NCBI GenBank assembly: GCA_965228735.1
Contig: OZ245838.1
Coordinates: 4,416,001-4,480,000 of the forward strand
Direction of reading: 5' to 3'
DNA from: Planctomycetota bacterium
Lineage (GTDB): Bacteria; Planctomycetota; UBA1135; UBA2386
DNA length: 64,000 nt
Below, one piece after another: positions 10,122-19,808 of this stretch. The stretch's first letter is position 1; the number at the start of each line of letters is the position of its first letter. The notes under the pieces are model-generated. The model had not been told where the DNA came from and did no database searches. It was given only the letters and a program-made list of their open reading frames with translations. The translations under genes and the position numbers were made by a program.

Positions 10122-12305
10122 TCAGTGCCCGATGACGACGCGTTGCCACTCGCTCGCCGCGAGCCCCGGCGCCGTCGGGCACGGCGCGCCGGGAGCGCCG
10201 ATCATGAGCCATTGGAACTCGATCGGCAGTCCGACGAACCCGGGATCGCACGGCAGCGGGAACGGCGAGGACGCCGCGCCGCCGACGGGCACCGTGAACG
10301 TCAGGGCAGCAGGCGGCAGGTAGTTGCACGGTCCGCAGGAGATCGTCGCCCCGCCGAGCGCCAGGGAGAGCCCGGCAAGCGCCGTCTGCGGATCCGCACC
10401 GCTCACCGTGAAGCGCAAGTCCTCGTTGCCGATCGCGAACGGGCCGTTCGTGGCCGCCGTTCCGCCGTTCCCACATCCGGGATGGACGGTCGTCATCGGC
10501 CCCCCGAGCATGGCATCGAAACGCTGCGCGCGGACCTGCCCGGTGAACGGCAATGCGAGCGCGAAGTCTCCGAACAAGATCATTGCTTCGTCGCCGCCCG
10601 ATCCGCCCGCCGACTGACTCGCGATCGCCGGCGCCGTGTCGCGGCTCGTCGCGCCCCCACTGCCGACATCGCCCGAGGTCCCGCAAACTGCGCACGCCGT
10701 GTCGTAGACCGCGTGCACGAGCCGCAGCGACGCACTCTCCTCGCGCAACCAGACCGCGAGGTACTTGCGACCCACGAGGGCGATCTGCGGCTCGGACTCG
10801 TCGAGAGCCTGGTCGTCGGCGAGCGCCAACGGTGCGCCGGTCTCCGCGAGCGCGAGGCCGTTCCAGCTCAGCTTCTGCAGGAACACGTCGCGTCGCACGT
10901 TCGGCGCAGTGGAGTGGGTCCGCTCGTAGACCAGCACGAACTCGGTGCCATCACCATCGACATCGAGTCGCGCAGCTTCACGCTCGGGTTCGGCGGGGCC
11001 GATGAAGGCCTCGGCCGAGATCGGGAAGCCGCCGCGATTGACGACGCGCCCGACGATCTGCCCATTGCCGACACCGCCCTCCTCGACCCACGCGACGACG
11101 TTCTGCCCCACTGCGCCACCGCTCTTGGAGATGACCGGGTGTCGCGCGCTCGCATCCGGAGTAACGGTCGACAGCGCCCCGGGCACGGGGTCGCCGCTCG
11201 CCGGCACGCCGACGGCCGTGCTGAAGATGCCCCCGCCGGTCTCACGCCACACGAGGACCGCGTTGGCGCCGAATGCGACTTCGCCGGCGAGATCAGGGTC
11301 CTCGTGGTTCCCAGTCGAGCTCGTCAACGCGACAGCCGCGGACGTTCCCCCCGCGGGAGTCACCGACCGACCGAATACCTCGTAGACCCCGAACGGTGTG
11401 GGCGCCTGCCGCCAGGCCACGAGGAACCTGTCGGTGGGGTCGATGCTCGCGACAGTTGGCTCCAGTTCGAGCGCTGCCGACGCGGCGATCGTATCGATCC
11501 CGAGCATCGAGCCGTCCTCGGTCAGGCGGGCCGCGAACACGTCGGCGTCGAGTACGGAGAAACGCACCTGGAACGCCGCGAGATACGTCGCGCTGTCGCT
11601 GTCGAACGCACCATCGGGATTCAACGCGTCATCGTTCCCCGAGATCACGGCGCTCGCGCCGATCAGCGGGTCCAGCACGAGCGGAAAGGCGGCCTGCTCG
11701 ACGAACTCGCCGGGCAACCGCAGCTCGAGCCGTTCGCCGGCGACGCGGAACATGCCGGGCGCCCGGCGACCGCTAGCGTCGATCCCCGTGATCGCGCCGA
11801 ACGAAACGCCGCCGGCGGGACCGTCGAAGCGAACCCGATCATGAGTTCCGGGTAACGCGGCGAGCGCGGTGTCGAGCCGCAACGTCACCACGAGGTCCCC
11901 CCGCCCTCGCAGCGGGGCCGAGAACACGAAGCTCTGCGCCACACCCTCCACGCGCACGTCGTAGCGCTCGACCACGTTGCCGCCGTGCGGATACTCGACG
12001 CGACCTTTGGCCATGTCGACGACCGGATACGGCGCACTTCGCACGTCGTGCACGAGCGTGCCGTCGGACCGCGAGACCGACTCGAGGGCGAACGCGACCG
12101 GGGCATTCTCGGGGGCCGCGACACCGAGCGCCGGCGTGAACACGACGCGGCCGGGCAGGAACTCGGCCTTGTAGCTCGGCGACACCCCGAGCGGGACGGA
12201 CTCGTGATGGGCGATGCCGGCAAAGCCCGCCGGCGCCTGGCCAACCCCGGCAACGGCAAGCGTCGCAGCAACGACACCAGAGATCGACAACGTACGGAGG
12301 TTCAT
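10122..12305 (-). CDS. Secreted beta-rich protein, paralog 3 (N-terminal domain ending PLVLDP, propeller-like repeats, C-terminal domain)
   Basis: Signal peptide; clear similarity to the next two ORFs (ERYDVRVEGVAQSFVF, ITGIDA, LELRLP, PLVLDP, VDGDG). Confidence 0.85.
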   Translation of the reverse strand: MNLRTLSISGVVAATLAVAGVGQAPAGFAGIAHHESVPLGVSPSYKAEFLPGRVVFTPALGVAAPENAPVAFALESVSRSDGTLVHDVRSAPYPVVDMAKGRVEYPHGGNVVERYDVRVEGVAQSFVFSAPLRGRGDLVVTLRLDTALAALPGTHDRVRFDGPAGGVSFGAITGIDASGRRAPGMFRVAGERLELRLPGEFVEQAAFPLVLDPLIGASAVISGNDDALNPDGAFDSDSATYLAAFQVRFSVLDADVFAARLTEDGSMLGIDTIAASAALELEPTVASIDPTDRFLVAWRQAPTPFGVYEVFGRSVTPAGGTSAAVALTSSTGNHEDPDLAGEVAFGANAVLVWRETGGGIFSTAVGVPASGDPVPGALSTVTPDASARHPVISKSGGAVGQNVVAWVEEGGVGNGQIVGRVVNRGGFPISAEAFIGPAEPEREAARLDVDGDGTEFVLVYERTHSTAPNVRRDVFLQKLSWNGLALAETGAPLALADDQALDESEPQIALVGRKYLAVWLREESASLRLVHAVYDTACAVCGTSGDVGSGGATSRDTAPAIASQSAGGSGGDEAMILFGDFALALPFTGQVRAQRFDAMLGGPMTTVHPGCGNGGTAATNGPFAIGNEDLRFTVSGADPQTALAGLSLALGGATISCGPCNYLPPAALTFTVPVGGAASSPFPLPCDPGFVGLPIEFQWLMIGAPGAPCPTAPGLAASEWQRVVIGH

Positions 12306-12315
12306 GTTCGGTCTC

Positions 12316-14550
12316 CTATTGGATGCGCACGTGCACCATGTCTGACGTGAGGAACGGCGCTCCGAACTGCGTGCAGCCGGCGGTCGCCACCGGGGTCAGC
12401 CATTGCGCGAAGAACTCGACCCCGCGCAACGCATTGGCGGGCGGAACCGAGAACACGCGGCTGCCCTCGCCGATCGAGCCGACGAGATCCATGAGCACGA
12501 AGCCCTGAAACGGGTCGGCGAGCACACTGCAGAGTCCACATCCGAGGTTGAGTCGCGCGGGGCTCACCACGAGGAACGTGTTGGTGTTGAGCGGTGCGTC
12601 GTGAAGCGTGATGCGGAAGAGGTTGTTCCCGACCATTGCGCACGGGGCCGCGATCCGACCGCCGTTCGGACACGGCACGTCGAGCGTCGATTGCTCGCCA
12701 TCGGTGTTCTCCCAGAAGTAACCCCAGATCCCGCCCGTGAATCCGCTGCCACTCTGCCGCGAGACCGCGAGCAGAGCCCGTTCGCCCGGATGCCCGGAGA
12801 CCTCGAAGGTCGCGGCCCCTCTCGGCTCGAGTTCGTCACGGCCGATCGTGTCGACGACGGTCACGCTGCCCTCGCAGACGAAACCGAAGTGATTCTCTCG
12901 CGACGAGAGTTGGCTGCCCAGGTCGTTGGCCGTGTTCGTTTCCGACCAGCCGACGAGACTCGTATGGCCTGTCGTGACGACGGCGGGAAAGACCTCGTTC
13001 CGGCTGCTCGTCGCCACGGCCTGCGAGGAGCTCGGCACGAACAAGGTCCCGGTCGACGAATCCCACTTGAGCGTCAGACAACGGATGTCGTTCTGCGCAG
13101 ACGTGCTCGCGCTGGACTCGAACCCAACGAGCCAACGCGCGCCGTCACCGTCGACCGACGAGTCCGAATAGTCGAACCCGGCCGCAGACGAGAGCACGGC
13201 GGCGACATCGAGAACGTTCAGGGCGTTGTCGACGACGATGGCACGAACGACGCGCGGGCCGTTCGTGAAGATGCGCACGTGATAGGTCAACAGCCACCGC
13301 CCGAAGCGCCCACCTGTTCGCGAGATGTCGCCGACCACGGGATCCCCCGACGCGAACGCGAGCGTCCGCTGCGGACCCTGCACCAGGACCGTGAAGGGCC
13401 CCGATGTCCCGAACGCCACGGCGCGCCCCTGCACGCGATCGAAGTCCGTGTTCGTCCAGACGACGACCGCGTTGGGATAGCCCGAGCGTGACGTCCCGCC
13501 GACAGCCGGCGCCGCACAGTTCTGACCGCTGGGCGACAACGGGATCGCCGACGTCACGCCGCCGGCCGACGTCACACCGCGAACGCGGATCTCGCCGTCC
13601 GGAATGTTGACGTGGATGTACGCGACGACGAAGCCGCCGTCCTCGTCGATGCCGCCGACCGCGGGTTGCTGTTCGATCACGCCGTTCGTCGCCGCGATGA
13701 TCCTGGTCGCTGAAACGGCGCGCGTATCCGCGTCGACCTCGCGCGCGAGAACGTCGGAGTCGCTGCCGGACAGGATCATCTGGTACGCGACGAGGAAGCG
13801 GCCCGTGCCGAACGCATCCGACACGAACGCCACGTCAGGAGCGATCCGGCCGCTCGAACCTTGATCGATCGTGACGGACGCCACGATCGGGTCGAGGACG
13901 AGCGGCAGCGCGGCGGCCTCGACGAACGCCGCCGGCAGCCGCAGCTCGAGCACGTCATCGTCCAGATGTGCACTGCCAGCGATCGCCGCCCCATCGGCCG
14001 CGACTCCCGTCACGCCGCCGATCGCCACCCCGCCGATACCGGACGCGCAGAAGCGAGCGCTCTCGCCGGGCAACGGCGCGGCGCGCGGGAGTTCGGTCGC
14101 GACCCGGCAACGGACGACGAGATCGCCGTGGCCTGCCGGCAGCGCCGAGAACTCGAAACTCTGCGCCATGCCCGCGGACCGCAGTTCGTAGCGTTCGGTG
14201 CAGAGTCCGTGTTCGTACCGCACGCGCAGCGCATCGAGGTCCGGGGTCGCCGCGACCTCGGTGAGCGGCCGAAGTTCTTCACCACGACCGACCGCGATCG
14301 TCCGCAACGCGAGTGGCAAGTTCCTCGGTGCCGCCGACCCGAGCGCGGGCACGAACTCCACCTCGCCGGCACGGAAGTACACCTTGTAGTCGCGGCCAAC
14401 GCCGACCAGCTGACCGTCGAGTCGCTGCAGTCCGGCCCCGTCGTCGAGGGCGCGTGGGAGCGCTTCGAGCTGGCCACCACCTTGTGCGAGCAGACTGCTG
14501 GCGCTGAGAACGGTGGCCAGGACCAGGGCGTGAGCACGAACCGTGAGCAT
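12316..14550 (-). CDS. Secreted beta-rich protein, paralog 2
   Basis: Signal peptide (SSLLA-Q); same motifs as its neighbours; GGAGG RBS upstream. Confidence 0.85.
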   Translation of the reverse strand: MLTVRAHALVLATVLSASSLLAQGGGQLEALPRALDDGAGLQRLDGQLVGVGRDYKVYFRAGEVEFVPALGSAAPRNLPLALRTIAVGRGEELRPLTEVAATPDLDALRVRYEHGLCTERYELRSAGMAQSFEFSALPAGHGDLVVRCRVATELPRAAPLPGESARFCASGIGGVAIGGVTGVAADGAAIAGSAHLDDDVLELRLPAAFVEAAALPLVLDPIVASVTIDQGSSGRIAPDVAFVSDAFGTGRFLVAYQMILSGSDSDVLAREVDADTRAVSATRIIAATNGVIEQQPAVGGIDEDGGFVVAYIHVNIPDGEIRVRGVTSAGGVTSAIPLSPSGQNCAAPAVGGTSRSGYPNAVVVWTNTDFDRVQGRAVAFGTSGPFTVLVQGPQRTLAFASGDPVVGDISRTGGRFGRWLLTYHVRIFTNGPRVVRAIVVDNALNVLDVAAVLSSAAGFDYSDSSVDGDGARWLVGFESSASTSAQNDIRCLTLKWDSSTGTLFVPSSSQAVATSSRNEVFPAVVTTGHTSLVGWSETNTANDLGSQLSSRENHFGFVCEGSVTVVDTIGRDELEPRGAATFEVSGHPGERALLAVSRQSGSGFTGGIWGYFWENTDGEQSTLDVPCPNGGRIAAPCAMVGNNLFRITLHDAPLNTNTFLVVSPARLNLGCGLCSVLADPFQGFVLMDLVGSIGEGSRVFSVPPANALRGVEFFAQWLTPVATAGCTQFGAPFLTSDMVHVRIQ

Positions 14551-14559
14551 TTTCGCCTC

Positions 14560-16761
14560 CTATTCGATGCGGATGAGCTGGGCGTCCGAAAGGTGGACGT
14601 CGATGCCGGCGAACACGCAGCTCGCGGCCGAAGTGCCCGGAGTCACCCATTGCGCGTACAGCGCTGCACCACGCAACGTGCTCGTCGCCGGGATCGGCAG
14701 CGCCACGAAGGCACGCCCCGTCAGGTCCGTCGTCCGCGGTACGACCCATCCGTTCAACGGATCCGGCACCACACGAAAGCCGCCGCACTGCAAGCCGAAC
14801 GCGTCGGCGCTGAGCATGAGGTACGTGCTGGCGTTCGGTGACCCGCCGAACCGGGCGACGCGGAAGTCGGAGTTGCCGACGACCGCGCACGGGGCCGACA
14901 AGACCCCACCGCTGAAGGCACCGAGCGCGAGGCGGGTCTGCTCGCCGTCCTCGCCCTCGAACACGTAGCCCCAGATCCCGCCGCCGAACGAGAACGAGTT
15001 CGGTCGGTCGACGACGAGCAAGGCCCGCTCCCCGGGTTGGCCAGCCGGGTCCGAGACCGCCGCGATCCGAGGCGCGAACTCGTCGCGACCGATGTTGTCG
15101 ACGACGGTGAAGCGGCCCTCGCAACTGTCGCAGAAGTCCATGTCGACCGACGCGACCACGCTGCCGAAATCACCGAAGACGTTCGCTCCGGCCCAACCGA
15201 CGAGCGCACCACGACCGAGCACACCGACCGTCGCATCGAGTTCGTCGCGCGAGTTGCCGGCGACGGTGGCCGGCGGGGAGACGACGAGCGTCCCGTTGAA
15301 CTGCACGGGCTGGCAGACGATGTCGTTGGGCTGACCCGCGCTCGTCGCGCTCTCCCAGGCAACGACGAAGCGGCGGCCGTCACCGTCGACGGCGGGCAGA
15401 TCGTTGTCGTTGATCCCCGGCGGCACGAGCGCAGCCGTGGCCTGGGCGGTCATGGAGGTTCCGAAGACGACGATCGAGACCCCGGTCGCGTTCACACCCG
15501 GCAGATCGGTCGTATAGGCAGCGAGCATGCTCGCGCCCTCGCCGCGTGCCCGACATACCGCCACGTTGCCGACCCGCGCGACCGGGTCCGAGACGACCGT
15601 TTGTATCGGGCTCGAGAGATCGAAGTCACCCTGCGCATCGAGGCGAATCGCGCGGCCACGGACGGCGTGCAGCGAAGAATCGGTCCAGAGAACGAACGCC
15701 CGATCGGAGAACGACCGTGAGGAGCCACACACGACGGGCTGCAACGCCGACTGGAAGAAGGCACTGTCCGTGATCGTCCCATCGGGCCGCACCGCGATCA
15801 CGGAGGCCATCTGGAACGACTGCCCGATCCTGCCGTACGTGACGACGAACTGACCGCGATCCCGAACCGCCGCGGCCCCTGGGTTCTGCTCGACGCCGTT
15901 GAAGATCGCAGTCAGCGGCAACGTGTTCGAGATCGTCAGCGTCGCCTCGTCGACGGCGTGACTCCAGATGTCCGAGTCGCTGCCCGAGAACACGACCTGA
16001 TAGACGACGAGCCAGGTGCCGGGGACCCACGCGACGTCGGGAAAGACCAGGCTGGAACCGCCCGCGACCTGAAGCGTGGTGACGACCGGATCGAGCACGA
16101 CCGGCAGGGCCGCGGTGTCGACGAACGCGGCGGGGAGGCGCAGTTCGAGCACCCCATCGCGATACCGCGCGGTGCCGCGCACGGTGTCGCCGTCCGCATC
16201 GATGCCGGTCACCTCGCCGATCGCGATGCCGCCGACCCCGGGCTCGAAGAACCGCACTGCCTCGCCACGAGCCGGAAGCGCCAGCGGCAGCTCCGTCGTG
16301 CACGCGCACTCGACGACGAGGTCGCCACTGCCGGCCGGCAGCGCATCGAACACGAAGCTCTGCTCCATGCCTCCCGGCCGGAGCTCATAGCGTTCGTGGC
16401 AGGTACCGCGGTCATAGCGCACGGCGAGCCCCTGCACTGCTGGCACGGCAAGCGGCAACTCCGCGCGATCCGTTCCGCGGCCAGCGCGCGTCGCCCAGAG
16501 GCGCAGTGGGAGATTGCGCGGCGCCGCCGAACCGAGCATCGGCACGTACTCGACACCATCCGACCGGAAGTAGGCCTTGTAGTTCCGCCCACACCCGACG
16601 AGTTCACCGCCAACCTCTCGCAGGCCCGCGCTGTCGCTGATCGCGCGCGAGAGCGGCACGGGCCGCGGTGGCATCGCGCGTTGCGCCGCTGCCGCAGCGA
16701 CGACTCCGAACGTCGCAGCCACGATGCCTGGCACGAGGAGGAGGTTCCGAGCGAGGCTCAT
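14560..16761 (-). CDS. Secreted beta-rich protein, paralog 1
   Basis: Start placed at ATG 16761 (MSLARNLLLVPG..AAAA-Q signal); paralogous to the two downstream ORFs. Confidence 0.85.
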   Translation of the reverse strand: MSLARNLLLVPGIVAATFGVVAAAAAQRAMPPRPVPLSRAISDSAGLREVGGELVGCGRNYKAYFRSDGVEYVPMLGSAAPRNLPLRLWATRAGRGTDRAELPLAVPAVQGLAVRYDRGTCHERYELRPGGMEQSFVFDALPAGSGDLVVECACTTELPLALPARGEAVRFFEPGVGGIAIGEVTGIDADGDTVRGTARYRDGVLELRLPAAFVDTAALPVVLDPVVTTLQVAGGSSLVFPDVAWVPGTWLVVYQVVFSGSDSDIWSHAVDEATLTISNTLPLTAIFNGVEQNPGAAAVRDRGQFVVTYGRIGQSFQMASVIAVRPDGTITDSAFFQSALQPVVCGSSRSFSDRAFVLWTDSSLHAVRGRAIRLDAQGDFDLSSPIQTVVSDPVARVGNVAVCRARGEGASMLAAYTTDLPGVNATGVSIVVFGTSMTAQATAALVPPGINDNDLPAVDGDGRRFVVAWESATSAGQPNDIVCQPVQFNGTLVVSPPATVAGNSRDELDATVGVLGRGALVGWAGANVFGDFGSVVASVDMDFCDSCEGRFTVVDNIGRDEFAPRIAAVSDPAGQPGERALLVVDRPNSFSFGGGIWGYVFEGEDGEQTRLALGAFSGGVLSAPCAVVGNSDFRVARFGGSPNASTYLMLSADAFGLQCGGFRVVPDPLNGWVVPRTTDLTGRAFVALPIPATSTLRGAALYAQWVTPGTSAASCVFAGIDVHLSDAQLIRIE

Positions 16762-16831
16762 GGACGTGAGAGCGACGGCCGACTCGCCCGCGCGCGGTCG
16801 GATCCCGGAATTCCCGTAGACTCCGACGATC

Positions 16832-17413
16832 GTGAACCAGCCCCCAACCGACGAACTCCGAGAGCTCGTTCGCGCTGCCCAGCGCGGCGACCGGGAGGCG
16901 CTCGGGCAAGTCCTCGAACGCATGCAGATCCCGCTGACGGCGTTCGTGCGCGTCCGGGCCGGCAACCTCGTGCTCGAACGCGAATCGGCGCACGACATCG
17001 TGCAATCGGTCTGTCGGGAGGTGGTCGAGGACCTCGGCGAATTCGAGTACCGCGGCGAGACCGCGATGCGCAACTGGCTGTTCGTGTTGGCGACACGCAA
17101 GCTGCTCGACCGCAAGAAGTTCTATCGCCGCGGCAAACGCGACATCGGCCGCGAGGTCGGCGCCGAGGAACTGCTGCGCTGCTACGGCACGCTCGCGACA
17201 CCGAGCCAGGTTGCTTCCGCCCGGGAACAACTCGAGTGCGTCGAGACGGCACTCGGCCGGTTGCCCGCAACGCAGCGTGACGCGATCGCCTATTCCCGAC
17301 TGCTCGGGCTCGGCTACCCGGAGATCGCAGAGCGCATGGCGACGACCGAAGCCGCAGTTCGCAGCCTCGTATCGCGCGGCCTCGCACGGCTGGCAGACGA
17401 GCTCGAAGAATAG
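16832..17413 (+). CDS. ECF RNA polymerase sigma factor (planctomycete type, kinase-associated)
   Basis: AQRGDREAL, SAHDIVQ region 2, NWLF, TPSQ, LP..QRDAI, YPEIAERM, AVRSLVSRGLARL region 4. Confidence 0.92.
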   Translation: MNQPPTDELRELVRAAQRGDREALGQVLERMQIPLTAFVRVRAGNLVLERESAHDIVQSVCREVVEDLGEFEYRGETAMRNWLFVLATRKLLDRKKFYRRGKRDIGREVGAEELLRCYGTLATPSQVASAREQLECVETALGRLPATQRDAIAYSRLLGLGYPEIAERMATTEAAVRSLVSRGLARLADELEE

Positions 17414-17472
17414 AGTACGAATCGCCGCGCGCTGTCCGGACGCCGTCGCTCTGCTACCGAACCGCGAGTCGA

Positions 17473-19773
17473 ATGATGACAGAAGTCAGGAAGAACCTCG
17501 TTCGAAGCCTCGTGGCCCGCTGCGTCGAAGCGACCGAACGCGGCGAACACGATCCCGCCGCCGCAGTCTGCGCCAACGACCCTGAGCTGGAATCGGCCGT
17601 CCGGAATCGACTCGCGCGGCTCGAACGACTCGGGTTGATCGCGCCCGCGGGCAGCCCGGAGCTCGATTCATTCGGCAGCTACCGGGTCGAGCGGCTGCTC
17701 GGCACAGGCGGGATGGGCGCGGTCTACCTCGCGACCCAGCACGAACCCGTCCGGCGTCACGTCGCACTCAAGGTCATCAAGCTCGGGATGGACAGCGCGG
17801 CGGTGATGCGGCGCTTCGAACTCGAGCGACAGGCTCTTGCCGCAATGGATCACGACGCGATCGCGAAGATCTACGACGCCGGCATGACCGATCGTGGGCA
17901 ACCGTTCTTCTCGATGGAATACGTCGAGGGCGCGACGATCACCGACTACTGCGACGCCCACGAGCTGTCGGTAGTCGACAGACTGTTGTTGTTCATCGAG
18001 GTCTGCACGGGCGTGCAGCACGCCCATCAGAAAGGAGTCGTGCACCGCGACCTCAAGCCTTCGAACGTCCTCGTCCGTCACCAGGCTGACGGGCCAAGAC
18101 CGAAGATCATCGACTTCGGCCTCGCACGCGCCACCGATCGTGACGGACTGCGACAGTCGCTGTTGACCGAACTCGGCCAGGTCGTCGGCACACCCGAATA
18201 CATGGCTCCCGAACAGGCCGAGGCCGACATCGCACAAGTCGACACCCGCAGCGACGTCTACTCCCTCGGGGTCATGCTGTTCGAGATCCTCACGGGGAAC
18301 CTGCCGGAGGGCCACGGCAAGCGGCCGAGTACGGTCACGGCGGCACCCGCGATCGAGCGGGCATTGCGTGGCGACCTCGACTGGATCGTGCTGCGCGCGA
18401 TGGCGCTGGAGCCAGATCGCCGCTATGCCTCGGCCGCCGAGCTCGCCCAGGACCTCAAGCGCCACCTCGACGGCGACCCGGTCCTCGCTGGTCCCCCGAG
18501 CGCGACCTATCGCCTCACGAAGCTCGTTCGCCGCCACCGCGTCTTGTTCGGCGCCGCTGCGCTCGTCGTGACCGTCGCCGTCGCGAGCGCCGTGGCGCTC
18601 TACGTCGCGTTCGCGAGAGCGACGCGGGATGCCGACGACGCCCGTGCCAATCTGAAGCTCGCCGTCGAGGCCGTCGACTCGTTGCTGGTGCAAAACGCCG
18701 ACTCGAGACTGCGAGGCGTCCCCAACGCCAACCCGATCATCCTGGATTCGCTGCGCGACGCCATCGCACTCTACGACCGGCTGCTCGCCCGCGTGCCCGG
18801 CGACCACGAGCTGCGGTTGCGCCGCGCCGAAGCCAGTTCGAAGCTCGGGGCGCGCCTCGTCGGCTGGCGGGGAGTGGACTGCGAAGAAGGCCGCGAGTCG
18901 CTCCACACCGCGGCCCGCACACTCGCGGAACTGCGCCGGGCTCGGCCGGACGACGCCCGCGTCGTTCGGGCGCAGGCCCGGCTCGTGCTGCACGAGGGCG
19001 CCGTGCTGCTCGCGCTCGGCGACCGCGAGAAGGCGATCGCCGACTGGCGGCGCGCGGTCGAGGACCTGACCCGCGACGGCCGCGCCCCTCGCCTGTTGGC
19101 CGATCTGCATCAGCATCGCGCGAACTGGGCGCTCGTCGAGAACGACTTCGAAACCGCGCTGTCCTCGGCGCGCGAGTCCTTGCAGCGCCGGCGCGCACTC
19201 GTCGCCGCGAACCCCGGCGACGACGTCGTGCGAACGGAACTGGCGCGGGCGCTCAACCAGATGGTCGCGTTGCACGGGCGGCAGCGCAACGTCGAGGCCG
19301 CACTGCCGTTCTCCGAGGAAGCCTGCGCACTCGCCGATGCGCTCACGGCGAGTCACGGGAACGACGAGTATTACCGTCAGGATCAGGTCACCGCGTGGGC
19401 GCTGCGGGCAGAGCTCGAACGTGAGACCAGGCGTCTCACGAACAGCGAACGCTCGGCCCGCCGGGCGCTCGCGCTCTACACCGCGCTCATCGCCGACCAC
19501 CCGGAGAACACGTTGCACAAGTACGGTGCGTGTACGGCGCAGCTCACTCTGGCGAAGGTGCTGTTCGCGAACGGCGACCGCGAATCGGCGATCGCCCTGG
19601 TGCGTGACGGGCTCACGCAGAGCGCCCTGCTGCGAAGACACAACCCCCGGAACCCGCAGTTCACCGAGCTGCGGCGCTGGCAACTGCGCGCGCTCGTCCC
19701 GATGCTCGAACCCGGCACCGAATCCGAGAACGACGCGCGTGAAGAACTCGCCCGTCTGGAAGCCAAGCGCTGA
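17473..19773 (+). CDS. Membrane Ser/Thr protein kinase with C-terminal TPR-like domain
   Basis: GTGGMGAVY, VALKVIK, HRDLKPSN, DFG, GTPEYMAPE, DVYSLG; one TM helix followed by helical repeats. Confidence 0.95.
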   Translation: MMTEVRKNLVRSLVARCVEATERGEHDPAAAVCANDPELESAVRNRLARLERLGLIAPAGSPELDSFGSYRVERLLGTGGMGAVYLATQHEPVRRHVALKVIKLGMDSAAVMRRFELERQALAAMDHDAIAKIYDAGMTDRGQPFFSMEYVEGATITDYCDAHELSVVDRLLLFIEVCTGVQHAHQKGVVHRDLKPSNVLVRHQADGPRPKIIDFGLARATDRDGLRQSLLTELGQVVGTPEYMAPEQAEADIAQVDTRSDVYSLGVMLFEILTGNLPEGHGKRPSTVTAAPAIERALRGDLDWIVLRAMALEPDRRYASAAELAQDLKRHLDGDPVLAGPPSATYRLTKLVRRHRVLFGAAALVVTVAVASAVALYVAFARATRDADDARANLKLAVEAVDSLLVQNADSRLRGVPNANPIILDSLRDAIALYDRLLARVPGDHELRLRRAEASSKLGARLVGWRGVDCEEGRESLHTAARTLAELRRARPDDARVVRAQARLVLHEGAVLLALGDREKAIADWRRAVEDLTRDGRAPRLLADLHQHRANWALVENDFETALSSARESLQRRRALVAANPGDDVVRTELARALNQMVALHGRQRNVEAALPFSEEACALADALTASHGNDEYYRQDQVTAWALRAELERETRRLTNSERSARRALALYTALIADHPENTLHKYGACTAQLTLAKVLFANGDRESAIALVRDGLTQSALLRRHNPRNPQFTELRRWQLRALVPMLEPGTESENDAREELARLEAKR

Positions 19774-19808
19774 GCGGTCGAAGCCGCGCACGACCCCCGC
19801 GGCAGCTC

